A stretch of DNA of 64,000 nucleotides from Owenia fusiformis (Eukaryota): positions 43,772,001 through 43,836,000 of the forward strand of contig CAIIXF020000001.1 of assembly GCA_903813345.2 (NCBI GenBank), given 5' to 3'. The notes beneath the pieces were generated by a model. It ran no database searches. It had not been told where the DNA came from and saw only the letters and a list, made by a program, of their open reading frames with translations. Both the position numbers and the translations under genes were made by a program. Within the stretch, counting starts at the first letter, position 1; each line of letters opens with the position of its first letter. Of this stretch, positions 12,352-25,011 are shown in pieces.

Positions 12352-15300
12352 ATGATCATGTATTACTGGAGTTGCCTGTTTGTTATAGCAGCTACTGCAC
12401 TGATAAGCTTGGGTAAGTAAATGAAGTTGCATTTGGGAACATTCATGAACATTCTTGTGAATCAAGACCATTATGAATATGCATCAATAATATTAATATT
12501 CAACCCTTATTAACTCCTAAAAATTCAGCTCTAAGCTAATATAAATCAACTTAGAAAAATCGAGTCGGGGCAATCTGCGCGAGATTCGGTTTTTACTTGG
12601 TTCGGTTTTTCATTAAAGGAAGTACTTCATTCCCATGATTCAAAGTGCTTTTCTGCCATCGGTTCGGTTTAAGTTTGTACAACACACGTCTACAAATCCG
12701 GGGCAGGTTGATATTGTGTCATTTCATTTGTTTTGGGTGTATACTTTTTGTTTTGACACGAAACAAAAATATTTCCGCACTATATGGTGCATCATGGGTA
12801 GGGACTGCTGTGAAATAATGAACGTAAGTGACATCTATCTCAAATTAAATGTTCTTATAAGTTATTAATTGCGCATGCGTTACAATAATTTGAACCAATT
12901 AAAGTGCTGAATTTAATGCGCATGCGCTAAAAACCGAACCAAAAAATGGAATCTCGCGCAGATTGCCTCTAGTGGAAAAATCTTAATATTCTAATAAATT
13001 TATATTTCTTTGTTGTCACAATTTTATTCAAAGTGTTGTCTCATTCCATGTCTATTTTGATTCAGATCAAGCATGACTCATGTAAATCTTTACTCTAAAC
13101 CCAAGTATTTCCTTTAAAGGGAATGCGAAGTTTCATGTTCTAATTTACACGCTGACTACTTATAACCATCATCTATCACTTCAGCTCACTCATGGGACAC
13201 GTCGTGTTTGAACTAACATATAATTCAAGTTCAAAGTACCCATATCTGGATCGCTGCGGATGCCGCCATTGTTGTGTATCAATGACGTCATTGATGCCAT
13301 AAAATTGATGCCTGGGAAGTGTCGCTATATAATCACGTCATACTCAGATCGCAGAAATAAAACATATTTCACTGATATTTTATAACTGTTTCTGTCCACT
13401 TAACATTGTTGCCGCATGTTCATGTCCATATCATATTATATTATATTATATATATTTGGAAAGGTTGTTGCAATGTCTTTTTTCAAATGTTTGTATTTAT
13501 TTTCTCCAATGTGATATAGCAAGTTTATAGGCTAGGTAGAAAAATCATTAAACTTATGAGATATCGGCTGCCCGATTCGCAATTTAACTGGTTTTGACTG
13601 AAAAGTCATCGCATTATATTCCACTTGAAAAATATCCACTAGAATTATTATCCCATCGAACGAAGTTCGGAGGGATTTGGGAACGCCTCCGTCCGTCCGT
13701 ACGTACGAAAATAAGTGGAACTTTAAAAGCTTCAGTCACATTTGCTCAATGCGACCACACGTCGATCGTATTTCCCTGAAATCAGTAAATTTCTGCAGCA
13801 AACATATGAAAACTACAGTCGACTTAAAGCCACCTTGCGGTCTACGTACACAGCATATCCAGTTTTTACAGGGCGTAGAGTCGGGGTTAAAACTTTTTCT
13901 TTCCTGTGGTCACCGTAGATATCAACAAGCAGCAGCCAAACCGTAGGTCCCACGACGACCGTACGTCGGGTTCACGGTCGACTTGCGGCTGCCTTTGGAT
14001 TTCATAGGTTACAATTGACCTTTCCGAACCATAGAACCCCTTGTGGATGCCTTCAAGAAAAACTACGCACGTCAGGGCCGCCCTACGCTGATCGTGCGTC
14101 ATCATTTATCAGCCGTACGGAATCGTAGTTTTTCCTCATAATCAAGATACGCCGTACAGCTATCTTAGCAAATGTGACTGCTAAATTATCTGACTGCAGA
14201 AATACTTAGGCAACCGTAGAAATTCTACTTCCCACAGAAATGAAAGACCGTACGGTCCCCGTAAAAATGTGACATGAGGCTAAGAAGGATAGTAATTGAA
14301 TATGGTTTTAAAATTTAATTAAAAAATTTTCTTCGAATACTTGTTTTAAAGATAAACATAAACGCAATGAATATTAAAGTACGAACACGTATTTTTTGTA
14401 ATGAGACTAGCAAATTAAATCATCACCGAGATTGCATTCTTGGAAATTCAAGATGGGTTGGTTGAATTAATTTTATTACGTTTTATTCAAATAGTTTGCA
14501 TTCGCCTGATAGAACTAGCATTCTCTGTTCGCATTTAGGGCTAGACCTAATAAAAGTTAAAAAGTCACGAATCCCAGATTGTTTCAAGTGTAAATAAAGA
14601 ATAAATGTAACCTGCATTCCATGTCTAGATAGGTAAAAAGCAATTCTGAAAATGCCGGCGTTAATATTCTATTGAAATCGTTCTTTATTATGGGTGGTAT
14701 ATACGTATTCTTTTATTTGGTTTTGGAACGACAACAACTCGGCATTCATTTTTTGATTCAAAAATGGCGCCACAAAACTTTTGGAATGCCAAGGCATCAA
14801 TCTGGCATCAATGATGTCATAACAATGTCGTAAAGAACCACTTTACGGTTGAAATGGCAGCTCCGTGGTCCAGTTCATATGCAAAACCCGGGGCTCAATA
14901 ACAATTACAAGGATAATGATAGGACAAAACTTTGCATTCCCTTTAAGTGTTTGCTCTTGATGAGTCCATTCAAAAAGGGGTGCAAGTCTATTTGAAAAGG
15001 GGTGCAAGTTTTTAAAACAAACTTACAGTTTTATATATGAACAAGGTGAACACTATCATGCCAAAAATCCAAAACAGCTGTCTCAGAATTTACAAAGCAT
15101 GCCCAAACTATTCACTTCTAGATTATCATAATATCATTTGCATATCATGAAATAATTTCAAATCAATCTGTCAACCTGGGAACTGGTTTACCTGCAAACA
15201 AGCTGACAAGAAGAAGTGAGATGCACCAACTGCAAATTGTTTCATTCTATTAATTTTTTCCTCTGTAATATGTCAAGTTAATTTTTTTCATCTGATGTAA

Positions 15301-18300
15301 AAAATTATAAAATCTAAATTCCAACACATTACTGTATAAGTGGTAATTTTGCCTAATCATTTAATTTGCCTATTGCCTAAGTTTTGCCAGGCTGGGAAAA
15401 TTAAATGTCGGAAATATTGTCTTCATAATGTTATCCAATGGGAAGTTTCTTGTCATTGTAATTTTAAAAATGTTAGCAATTTGCAACACTAATTATTTAC
15501 TATGAATGTATTAAGTTAAAACATGGATTAACATGAAAATCTTTCAAAGATTTTTGCAGGGTTAATTGCCCACAGGTTGTAGGGGCAATAGGACTTTAAC
15601 GATCCGAGTATTTAAACATGGGAACATGCTATAGTACTGTATTTTGATCACATCATACTACACTGACCATTCACACTATACCAATTCTATCAACTATGAT
15701 ATAAAAATAAGGGACATCTGCCTTGTATAACATTTTGTATTATTGTTCATAATTTTTTTATACATGTAGTAACATGATTAAATACAAAAATTGAATGCAG
15801 ATCTTGAGGTAGATATCATATCTTAATACGAATGACAATTTAATTCAATCAACCCCAAAAGAATGAAATTTAATTTTCCTGTTATTTTCCCTTTCCCTTA
15901 TATATCTAGACATGCACCAATCATTGTAGAAGCCTGTGAAGTACCTCAGGGTAAAAGCATTGGAGTAGGACGTAAATGGGTATCGAAAAACAAATGTGTA
16001 AGCTGTAAATGTACAACTAAAGGCTTGAGTTGCAAACGTGGCAAAAAGACCAATTGCCGATCAGGTTGTCTCGAGGGCCCAATAATCCATGATGTTGGAT
16101 CCATAATTCAACAAAATGAAACACATAGCTGCGAATGTATGGCAGGAGTTTACATAGATCATATTGTATGCAATGGTAAGCAGAGAACATGCAAACTATT
16201 TGAATATATGGTTCAATATCTTGTAGAACATGTTCTGGCAGTTGGGATAGTGGTACCCCTCATAATTTCATCTTTACAATTGCAATTTACAATATAAAAA
16301 CCAATGTCAGACATGTAATTCAATGATTTAGTTCAATATGTTCATTTATACATTGTATATTTAGAAAAAAGCTCACATGGTTGGATCAAATGGGGACCTT
16401 GGAGTGAATGTGCTAATTGTGAAACACATCCTTCTAACCGCAAGGTGCGTCATCGCATATGTGTTGATACACTTGGAAAGGAGGTAGATGCTGCTCTGTG
16501 TGAAGGAGATGCAAGAGAAATAGAGCAATGTTGTGGTGATAAAGGTTTGTTTTTGTATTTCTGTCATAAAGTGGAACAATTCAGGACTATGTACTTCATG
16601 CTAATGCTAGCTTTCCCATTTTTCTCCTTTATTTGTTTATTAGAAGAAGAATTCCCTTGGGTGGTTTCCATATCTAACAACAACAGACATTTTTGTGGAG
16701 GAGTTATCATCTCAGATGTTTGGATCCTCACAACAGCTCACTGTTTGTGTGAATGGAAGTACAACTGCTGTACAAAGCAAAAACAATTTAAGTGAGGGAT
16801 CTTTCACAATTTTTGGCAAAATACATAAAACTCTATGGAGCGAGTATTTAGATAGACAAGTTTTCTAAATGATAAACAAATCACTGTTATTCAACTGTTT
16901 CAGCATATCGAACTGCCCCCTTATGACAGACTGGCGTGTAACTGCTGGTGTGCTCAAACTGTCTTCCAACAAAGGTCAAATCAAGCAAATAAGTGAAGTC
17001 ATTATACATGAAGACAATGCTCCATTTGATTCTGCCAACCCGAAACAATCTGGTCCTGATATTGCATTGCTAAAACTAGACAGTCCCCTACAACTGAACA
17101 CGCCTGATGTGCAACCAGTTCAGTTACCAACCAGTCTATGTAAAGGAAAAACTGATGCTGAATGTCAAGCCCACATTGGAAAAGAAATGAATTTCTGGTC
17201 CTGTCAGACGGCAGGGTGGGGCATCAAAGATGGTACAGTGTATATGCTTAACTAATCTATAACCTTAAATTTAATTGCATATATATACATTAAAGTACCA
17301 GAAGTATCTTGGTTTGAACTAAAAACTTTAGTAAACAACAATTAAAATGGTCATGATAGCTATCCGGCTCCATTCCCAAGAATAGCGCTGATTTCGCTGT
17401 CACCTGATGTGTACTTTCACCTATTTAGTCAAAAAACTATCATCAGGGAAGTTGAAATGGTCAGAGGTAATTGCAGAAGAAAGTGATGAAACCTTTATAA
17501 CAACACTACCCTCTGGAGGATTTAGCACCACATGTCAAGTAAGAGCCTAATACTAATTAGAAGTAGTGTGCCTTAAACCTTTTTAAACCTTTTTAGGCCA
17601 TATGTTCTACACTTATATTATCTTGGCATTGGTTAGCGCAACATTTTAGAGACTCTTCACTATATATATTCAGATACATGTTAAACTTTATCATATGTTG
17701 GCGTAGTATACCTTTTCTTGAAATACAAACTCTCCATTTACATTCCTGTAGTCTTGAATAAATGTGAGTGAAACACACGAGTATAGAAACTAATTCTAAA
17801 CACTACTCAATAATGTTAATTTCCAATAATTTTATTAAGTGTTAGCATATGACTTAATGGGGTAGAATACTGACATACTAAAAAGAACTGATACCTTGAA
17901 TTTTATACATTTACAGGGTGATGGTGGGGCACCATTAATGTGTCAACCTGACAATGGGCCACCTGTTACTGTAGGTATTTTAAGTCACATTTTCCCAGAC
18001 AATCCTTGTGGCGTATCTCGTGATACTAGGACATATCATACATCCATACCAAGTCAACTGAATTGGATTCTCAAACACATAACTGGTACAGCATTTAAAC
18101 ATACTTTTACACCTAGAAGTTTATGATACCAAAGTAAGCCGCTACTTTAATCAAGAATGGGTCTCACTTAAAGTTCTTATATCTAAAAGTATCATATACA
18201 GTACTAGAATTGATCTCAAATTCTTGGGAAATCATATCCACAAATGGTCAGGGATTTCATATTCCAGAATGGAGGTATGGTAGTTCCAGTGATTGTGATT

Positions 18301-19195
18301 GTGACAGAAATGAGCAACAGAGGAGTGTTTTCCTGCAATCCAAGTCCTGTGTTTTCCCAGAGAATGGAATAACCGCAAAGGCTGTAGAGGAAATGTATCA
18401 GCGATTTAAGGATGATTGTTACATTCTCCAGAAGAAATCATGTATCTGCTATGGTATGATTTAAAGTTTTATGAATTACATGTATTTTTGGTTTTCCCTA
18501 ATGTTGCTCTAATGCTATGTCATCAAAATAAATTTGGAAAAGTATAGAATACAAAATGAATGAATGTGAACAATAAGGGTATATAACATTTCTAGAACTA
18601 CATTGAATTTTTTTTAGAAAACCTAAATTCTAAACAGTGCGAGGATAACCAAGGCATCTGTGGTGAACATGGACGATGTATTGACTATGTCTTTTTCCTC
18701 ATCTGTCAGTGTGATCCATATTACTCGGGAGAACTTTGTGATATGAAAAATGGTATGTAAATGAAGCTCTCTAAGATTGTAGTTTATTTGGAGCTGAACT
18801 GCTTTTCTTAGAAATGTAACAGATACAGGGCGACACAAAAATGACACTCACTAATTTTCTCAATAATTAAGGGAGCTTAGTGATTTTTTGTGTAGATAGA
18901 GTGTTCAATAGATAAATGTTTATTGAACTTGGATAGCATTAATGACTTTGAGCTTTAGAGAAATCCTGTTTTCTGTCTAGGCATACTCTCAGTGAAATTG
19001 TCAAAAAATTTATTATTTACAGAAGTAAGCTGCCCGATGTATTGTGGTGAATATTTGCTGGGTAATAGAACAGTAGAATGCCTGATACATGAAGGACATC
19101 AAACATGTGAGTGTCCCAGTGAAAGAGTGTATGATCTACTATGTATACCAGTAGAGGGATCGCATTCTATGTATACTGGTGGTTCTAAAAAGTAA
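12352..19195 (+). CDS. Serine protease homologue gene 2 (complete): signal peptide - VWC-like Cys-rich - TSP1 - inactive trypsin domain - TSP1-like - EGF - Cys-rich
   Basis: Exons 12352-12412 ([20 protein letters not shown], signal), 15930-16175 ([14 protein letters not shown]), 16365-16544 ([18 protein letters not shown]), 16644-16791 ([22 protein letters not shown]), 16904-17232 (PDIALL, AGWG), 17429-17538, 17917-18085 (GDGGAPL), 18268-18453, 18618-18752 (EGF), 19023-19195 (TAA); AATAAA at 19302. Confidence 0.9.
12567..12969. mobile_element. MITE with TIR G(A/G)GGCAATCTGCGCGAGATTC
   Basis: ~21-bp terminal inverted repeat at both ends; superfamily not assigned. Confidence 0.7.
13118..14942. 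mobile_element. Kolobok-like MITE (TTAA TSD) containing a HINE 5' fragment (~13648) and a second TIR element (13729-14280)
   Basis: TTAA-AGGGAATGC.AAGTTT ... AAACTTTGCATTCCCT-TTAA; inner TIR GC.TCA.GTCACATTT; HINE start ATCCCATCGAACGAAGTTCG plus (CGTC)n. Confidence 0.75.
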
Positions 19196-19457
19196 ACGAC
19201 TTCAACAAGAGAAATAGTCATGAAGAAAGAACAGAGATGCTTAACTGACATGTCATGCTCTACATAGAGTCTAAAACTCTTGAAAATGGTAGTCTGATAT
19301 GAATAAAATAAAGAAATCTCTGTATTAGAAAAGGATGTTGGTTAATTTGATTGTGAACATATTGCTTTAAAGTGTCCTTATAAGGACAGAGGGCCTCCTA
19401 TATTCTTCTTGTCATTATAATTCAACAGAACCCAAAATAACAAAATATTTTTCTTAC

Positions 19458-22400
19458 TTGTGACCTCTTAATGTTTTAAGGCACTCCCAGTTTTTCAATG
19501 ACCATATACATATGCTTCCATCTTCACTGCAGGAGAACATATGACTGTTCTTGTAAAACTGAAGGCTGCTAATTGTCCCTGAAATAAATACATGAATGAT
19601 CAAACAGACATATAATCTACTAAGATCTAGATATATTAGACATATTGGACAAGCAAACAGGCTGACAAGTTTGCAAACAAACCAATGAGACAGACAAGAA
19701 TGACACAGACCAATGATATATGCAAAGACAAAAAACAAACAAACTAATGAGCTCTAATGTGACATACAAGCAAGTGAAAAAACAGACAAATGGGACATAC
19801 AAACAAACAAATCACTGGAGAAAAATAAAGGAAATAAACAAACAAAGAAAGAGGGCTCCAAGTGAGATAAATGAAAAATAAATCAATGAGATTTACAAGA
19901 AAGTAAAAACATAGATCAATGGGAAAGAAACATAACAAAACTGGTAGGCCATACAAGCAAGCGGAGACATTGGCAAATGAGACATAAAAACGAATAGACC
20001 ATACACATAAACAACCAACAAAATTAAAACCTATTTAATATGAGTACAGAGTATAATACATCTAATTTAGGACAGGAACAATTGGTCAAATTAAAATAAT
20101 GAGGTAATATTTAAACAGGAATTGTCACATAGGTCAAATATAAAACAGTCATTCTTGAAAGATGTCACCGTATGACTGTATACCGTCATAATGTCTATTG
20201 CTGTGAATATTTATTCATCTATTCACCAATATGCATCTCCAGAATGTATAGTTTGGGTTTTAAAGATATATATTAGGTTCCAAAGCAATATGGATGAAGG
20301 TGTTTCCATTAAAGTCTCAGCTCATGTTCAATATATAAACTTGCACTGACCTTCATGGTGTAGTAATGAACCAAGTTCTACATTGGACTTGAGATTGAAG
20401 ATTCTTATAGTCTCGTCTGTACTTCCAGAGGCCAGCGTACCATTACTGGCTGCAGCCACACATTTGATACAGCCACTGTGTGACTTATCAGTGAATGTCT
20501 GCTGTAGCTCATATACCTGGAGAACATAGAACTTATTATTTTTGCATAAATATTACTGTGTTTCAAATAGGTCTTTCACTTACACATATTTATGGTATAG
20601 TAGTTTAAATACAGGGTAATCAAAAACCACAACCCTGTATTTTCCTCATATCTTTGTCATTTTAGGAAATTACACCCTGTTATTTGGCACATTTGTATTT
20701 CATTCAATTTCGTACCATCCTACCATATTTCATGACCATCAGATTGATAGTAATAGCAATGTTACAGCACTTTGAACATTATGCCCCAGTTGTGGCCATC
20801 ATTGCGCTGTAAGTAAACCTGGACAAGTTGTCAATGACCCGACTGCATTCATAAGGTACAGTCTGAAAGACACGTATGATCTCCCTTTGAAATACCCCCA
20901 CAGGTAGAAGTCAGATACGGTCATTTTGGACAATGTGTGCAGGTTTGCCTACAGCGCAATAGCCGCCACTGGAGCATGTTGATCAAAGTGCTGTATTATT
21001 GTGACTATTCCATTCAGAGCATAAACCTAATGAGAGGATAACTGTCACTAAAGGAGAAGTTGTTTTGAAGGGATAGCCAGCCTCCAATTCATCAACTTCG
21101 ATTTTGGACTACTTAATATATACATGTATAGGTAAATATTATTCATTCTTTTATATTAACATTAATGAAACGAACCGTTTCGGTAACCAGCATAATTGAG
21201 GCTGTACCTTAAGGTTCAGCTGGAAAGTAACATTTTGGTAAAAAATTGCTATACCTGCACATGTTATTTTCTGGTACAAAATTAAGTATGAAGGCATGTG
21301 TATATTTCCTTGCTTTTTTCAGGAAAGTATCATTACATTGTCTTCTTTTAGTAAACCTGGAAACAGGTCAATGGTAGATCCTGTGTTGTCTGAAAATTTT
21401 GAAAGAAAATTTTGAAAAATAGAAAGTGTGAAATATCAGAATTTCCCGGAGTCCCCATTAACCTCTTACCAGATATACTAAAAGAAGATAATTTAATGAT
21501 TCTTTCCTGAAAAAAGCAAGGAAATTAACACATGCCTTCATACTTTATAGTGTACCAGAAAATAACATGTGCAGGTACAGTGGGGGACATAAAGAATTAC
21601 AAAAGCTATGGAAATTACATGCTGTCGCACATATAATAAATTCTTACCTCAGTGTATTCAGTGCTCTATAAGTCCAAATATAGTGGAATTTGCGTCCATA
21701 ATGACAAATAAGAACTTAAAAATTTGAAGTGGAATTCACATATTAATGCCGACTCTTCAAATGTTGAGGTGATTTTGGAGCCTGATTGCGCCGCAATGTG
21801 GATTGGCTCCCAGAATGCAACATGACACGTGTCAGCTTTTAAAATGCCGTTCCGCCATTTTGAAATCTGTCATGAGTAAATCATGGCGTAGAATAATGGA
21901 AATAACGTCACAACGCATGCGCGTAAATCGACATTTCATGGTCCAAAGATATATAAAACATCAAAATCCACCCACAGATCTTTCGGCCTTTTAATGATTT
22001 AATTTTCGGGATATTTTGCTAAAATCCCCCATTGGCCGCCATTATAAACTTTGAAAAAACCCAAATCCTCATCATTTCATATCATTCGTTAAGTGATCTA
22101 AACAACTCCAATCGCTTAGGATTCAACGGATTCTAAGAGATCAAAGCTAATACAATATGTTGACAACCCCCGTTTCAATATTTGCCGCATAATCTTTCGG
22201 CCTTTTAGGTTATAAATTTGTCAATATTTTGATTTTCGACCATTAATGACGTACTTGGATCCGAGATTCATTGTCCCGGGATTCATGACGCTATTTCCAT
22301 TATTCTATTCGTTCGATTTAGTAGAGATTTATCCATCATTTGCAGGTATCAAGCTTTGGATTCATTTATTGTGCTACTTAAGTGAATGGGAATTATTTTT

Positions 22401-24706
22401 CTACCGCTTGGGAGAGTTTGAGACACGAAACTTAGATTTTAGCTCATTGTGACAACTTTTGAGGGTTGAGATTTATTTTTGTCCCCCACTTTAGCAATTT
22501 TTTACCAAAATGTTATTTTCCAGCTGTACCTAAAACTTTGTCAGAAGTTGATAGAAATTTGAATTTTATCTCAATAACCACTAATCCAGCTTATTTTCAA
22601 CCCCCAGTTTTCAACACAAAAGTATACGCTGGGGGTTGATTAGTTCAACAAGTTAAACCCAATACCACGGCTTTCATTTATTAATCTGAATGTTATTGTT
22701 GATTGGGTTTAACTTCCGTGCCATAGTTTTATTTGTTGCAAATTCTCACTTTCAGTTATAAATTAAGGTCAGGGTGCATGATGGGAAATTTTCTGCATTC
22801 CTCAATTGAGTCCAATGTTATTTTTCAAACAAGAATCACTCCTTCCCTTCATTGTCTATATCTTCCAGTTTTGCACAAAGGGTGCACTTATGTGCCTAGA
22901 AAAGACTTGTGAGAAGAATGTTTTGATAAAGTGTATAAAAAACAAGAAATTTCAGTGAAAAAATAAGAAAATTTTCAGAAATTTTTTTCACTGAATTTTC
23001 TCATTTTTTATACATTTTACAAAACAAACCTTCTCACAAGGCTTTTCTAGGCACAGAAGTGCACTCTTTGTGCAAACTTGGAAGATGTAGAATGTGGGGA
23101 AGGAGTTATTCATGTTTGAAAAATAACATGTGACTCAATTGAGGAATGCAGAAAATTTCCCAACATGCACCCAGTCCTTAAGGTGCAAGAAAGTTAACAG
23201 GAAATGACAAAACAGGAAGTGACAATTTTTTTGCATTTTTAGACATTTTTTGAACAAAGATAACAGAGTTCTGTTTTGACCTCCGGTCAATTCAACTAGT
23301 TTCAAATACCATTTACAGGTCCAGGATCACAATGTTCATGGTCAGAATGACCCTAAACATGATGAAATAACCTTTTCAGCCCTCTGAAAATGTGACTGAA
23401 AAATAGCTAAAAGTAGGAGGTAGGAAAGGTCACTGAACAGAATCTTTTGAATTTTTCAGAAAATGTGCCCAATATATTGCTCTAAATGATACAATCTTTG
23501 AAGATTTGATATAATTCATAGAAAAAGAAGAAAAAAATGAAAAAACTGATTTGAAAAGCGATCTATTTTCCTTTTTATGACCGCCATTTTTGTTTAAGGT
23601 TCAGCTGGAAAGTAACATTTTGGTAAAAAATTGCTATACCTGCACATGTTATTTTCTGGTACAAAATTAAGTATGAAGGCATGCGTGTATTTCCTTGCTT
23701 TTTTCAGGAAAGTCTCATTATACTGTCTACTTTTAGTAAACCTGGAAACAGGTCAATGGTAGCTCCTGTGTTGTCTGGAAACTTTGAAAGAAAATTTGGA
23801 AAAATAGAAATTGTGAAATATTCGAATTTCCTGGAGTTACCATTGAACCCCTACTAGATATTCTTAAAGAAGGCAATGTAATGATACATTCCTGAAAAAA
23901 AGCAAGGCAATTGACACATGTCTTCATACTTTATTTTGTACCAGAAAATAACATGTGCTGGTATAGCAATTTTTTACCAAAATGTTACTTTCCAGCTGTA
24001 CCTTAAGACAATTTTCTAAAATTTCAAAGATTGTATCAGTTAGAGCATCATATTGGGCACATTTTCTGAAAAATTCAAAAGATTCTGTTCAGTGACCTTC
24101 CCTAGCTCCTACTTTTAGCTTTTTTTTCAGTCACACTTTCAAAGGGCTAAAAAGGTTATTTCATTATGTTTAGGGTCATTCTGACCATGCACATTGTGAT
24201 CCTGGTCATGTAAATGATATGTGGAAATAGTTGAATTGACTGGAGGTCAAACCAGAACTCTGTTATCTTTGTTCAAAAAATGTCTAAAAATGCAAAAAAA
24301 ATTTTCACTTCCTGTTTTGTCATTTCCTGTTAACTTCCATAGCACCTTAAACGCGCATGAAATTCTATGCGCTGCCATAGGCCAATATTAAATATTTTGC
24401 ATCAAGGACCGAATAGGCACGGACGTTAAACCTAGGGCGGGCCACAAGATATGTCAGATAAGAAATAAGGCCCAGACTAGGTTTAACTTGTTGAACTAGG
24501 TGTTGATTTGAATGGTGTCCATAAATTCGTGGGTGATAATCGATGTAAGAATATGATGTAAATATCAAATGACATGATAATTAGTGAATATTCTCATGCA
24601 AATTCAGTGCTGAATAGTTGATAATATATTTACTTACGTCTTCATCACTTTTAATCAGTTTATAGCCCAATAAAACCTCGTCATACGTCCCTACAACTAT
24701 TTCCAT
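19458..24706 (-). CDS. PAK1IP1: p21-activated kinase-interacting protein 1 (Mak11 homologue, WD40); first three coding exons only
   Basis: Exons 24706-24638 (MEIVVGTYDEVLLGY), 20516-20351 (FTDKSHSGCIKCVAA..LASGSTDETIRIFNL..ELGSLLHHEG), 19578-19458 (TISSLQFY..SHMFSCSEDGSICIW..WECLKTLRGHK); GT-AG and in frame; donor GTAAG at 19457, and later exons were not found in the window. Confidence 0.88.
19590..20030. repeat. Degenerate (ACAA/AGAC)n low-complexity tract
   Basis: A/C-rich repeats in PAK1IP1 intron 2; explains the spurious hydrophobic minus-strand ORFs here. Confidence 0.7.
20612..21010. mobile_element. Partial CAGGGT Tc1/mariner MITE copy
   Basis: Homologous to 3381-4745 and 11338-11820. 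Confidence 0.7.
21213..22530. mobile_element. Palindromic Kolobok-like MITE interrupted by a Tc1/mariner MITE (21578-22491)
   Basis: TTAA-GGTTCAGCTGGAAA ... TTTCCAGCTGTACC; the uninterrupted copy at 23598-24002 shows that the CAGTGGGGGACA element inserted at a TA. Confidence 0.8.
22767..23177. mobile_element. Palindromic Kolobok-like MITE
   Basis: Near-perfect foldback of ~410 bp flanked by TTAA on both sides. Confidence 0.8.
23182..24346. mobile_element. Palindromic Kolobok-like MITE with a nested GGTTCAGCTGG MITE (23598-24002)
   Basis: TTAA-GGTGC...GCACC-TTAA with long inverted arms; the inner element is also flanked by TTAA. Confidence 0.8.
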
Positions 24707-25011
24707 GTTTATTTCGAAATTTTTAAACATGTGAATGTGAAATACGTCATAACTTCTTGTGTTCAGGTTAAGACTGTATTTGTGGCCAAAATACCACTTT
24801 TGTTAATGTAATATAGGAATATTCATTATCTTACCGTTTGGGATTAAAATAAAATTACAGCTTTTTCTCATCTTAGCGCAAAATATTCGAGATTAAGACA
24901 TCCCAAAAATAAGTGACGTCACTACACTAGCTACACACTTCCGGAATTTTCCGAGTACAAAAAAATTGAGCGCGAGGCAATATTTTAAGATTATATCGTG
25001 TATTGTGGACC
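24707..25011. promoter_or_regulatory. Bidirectional promoter of PAK1IP1 and TRNAU1AP
   Basis: Divergent ATGs at 24706 (-) and 25012 (+); palindromic CRE GTGACGTCAC at 24913-24922 and ETS-like ACTTCCGGAA at 24937-24946. Confidence 0.75.

Noticed and set aside
15189..15236. Possible short minus-strand exon (TTTGCAG...GCAG|GTAA) as PAK1IP1 exon 4
   Set aside because: Its translation has no WD40 or PAK1IP1 similarity in the required phase.
15863..15929. ORF-track start MKFNFP.. as the N-terminus of SPH gene 2
   Set aside because: This is intronic pyrimidine-rich sequence; a proper signal-peptide exon at 12352-12412 splices in phase to 15930.
19590..19956. Hydrophobic minus-strand ORFs suggesting membrane proteins
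   Set aside because: They derive from a (TTTG/TCTG)n low-complexity intron tract; only 19578-19458 is a real exon.
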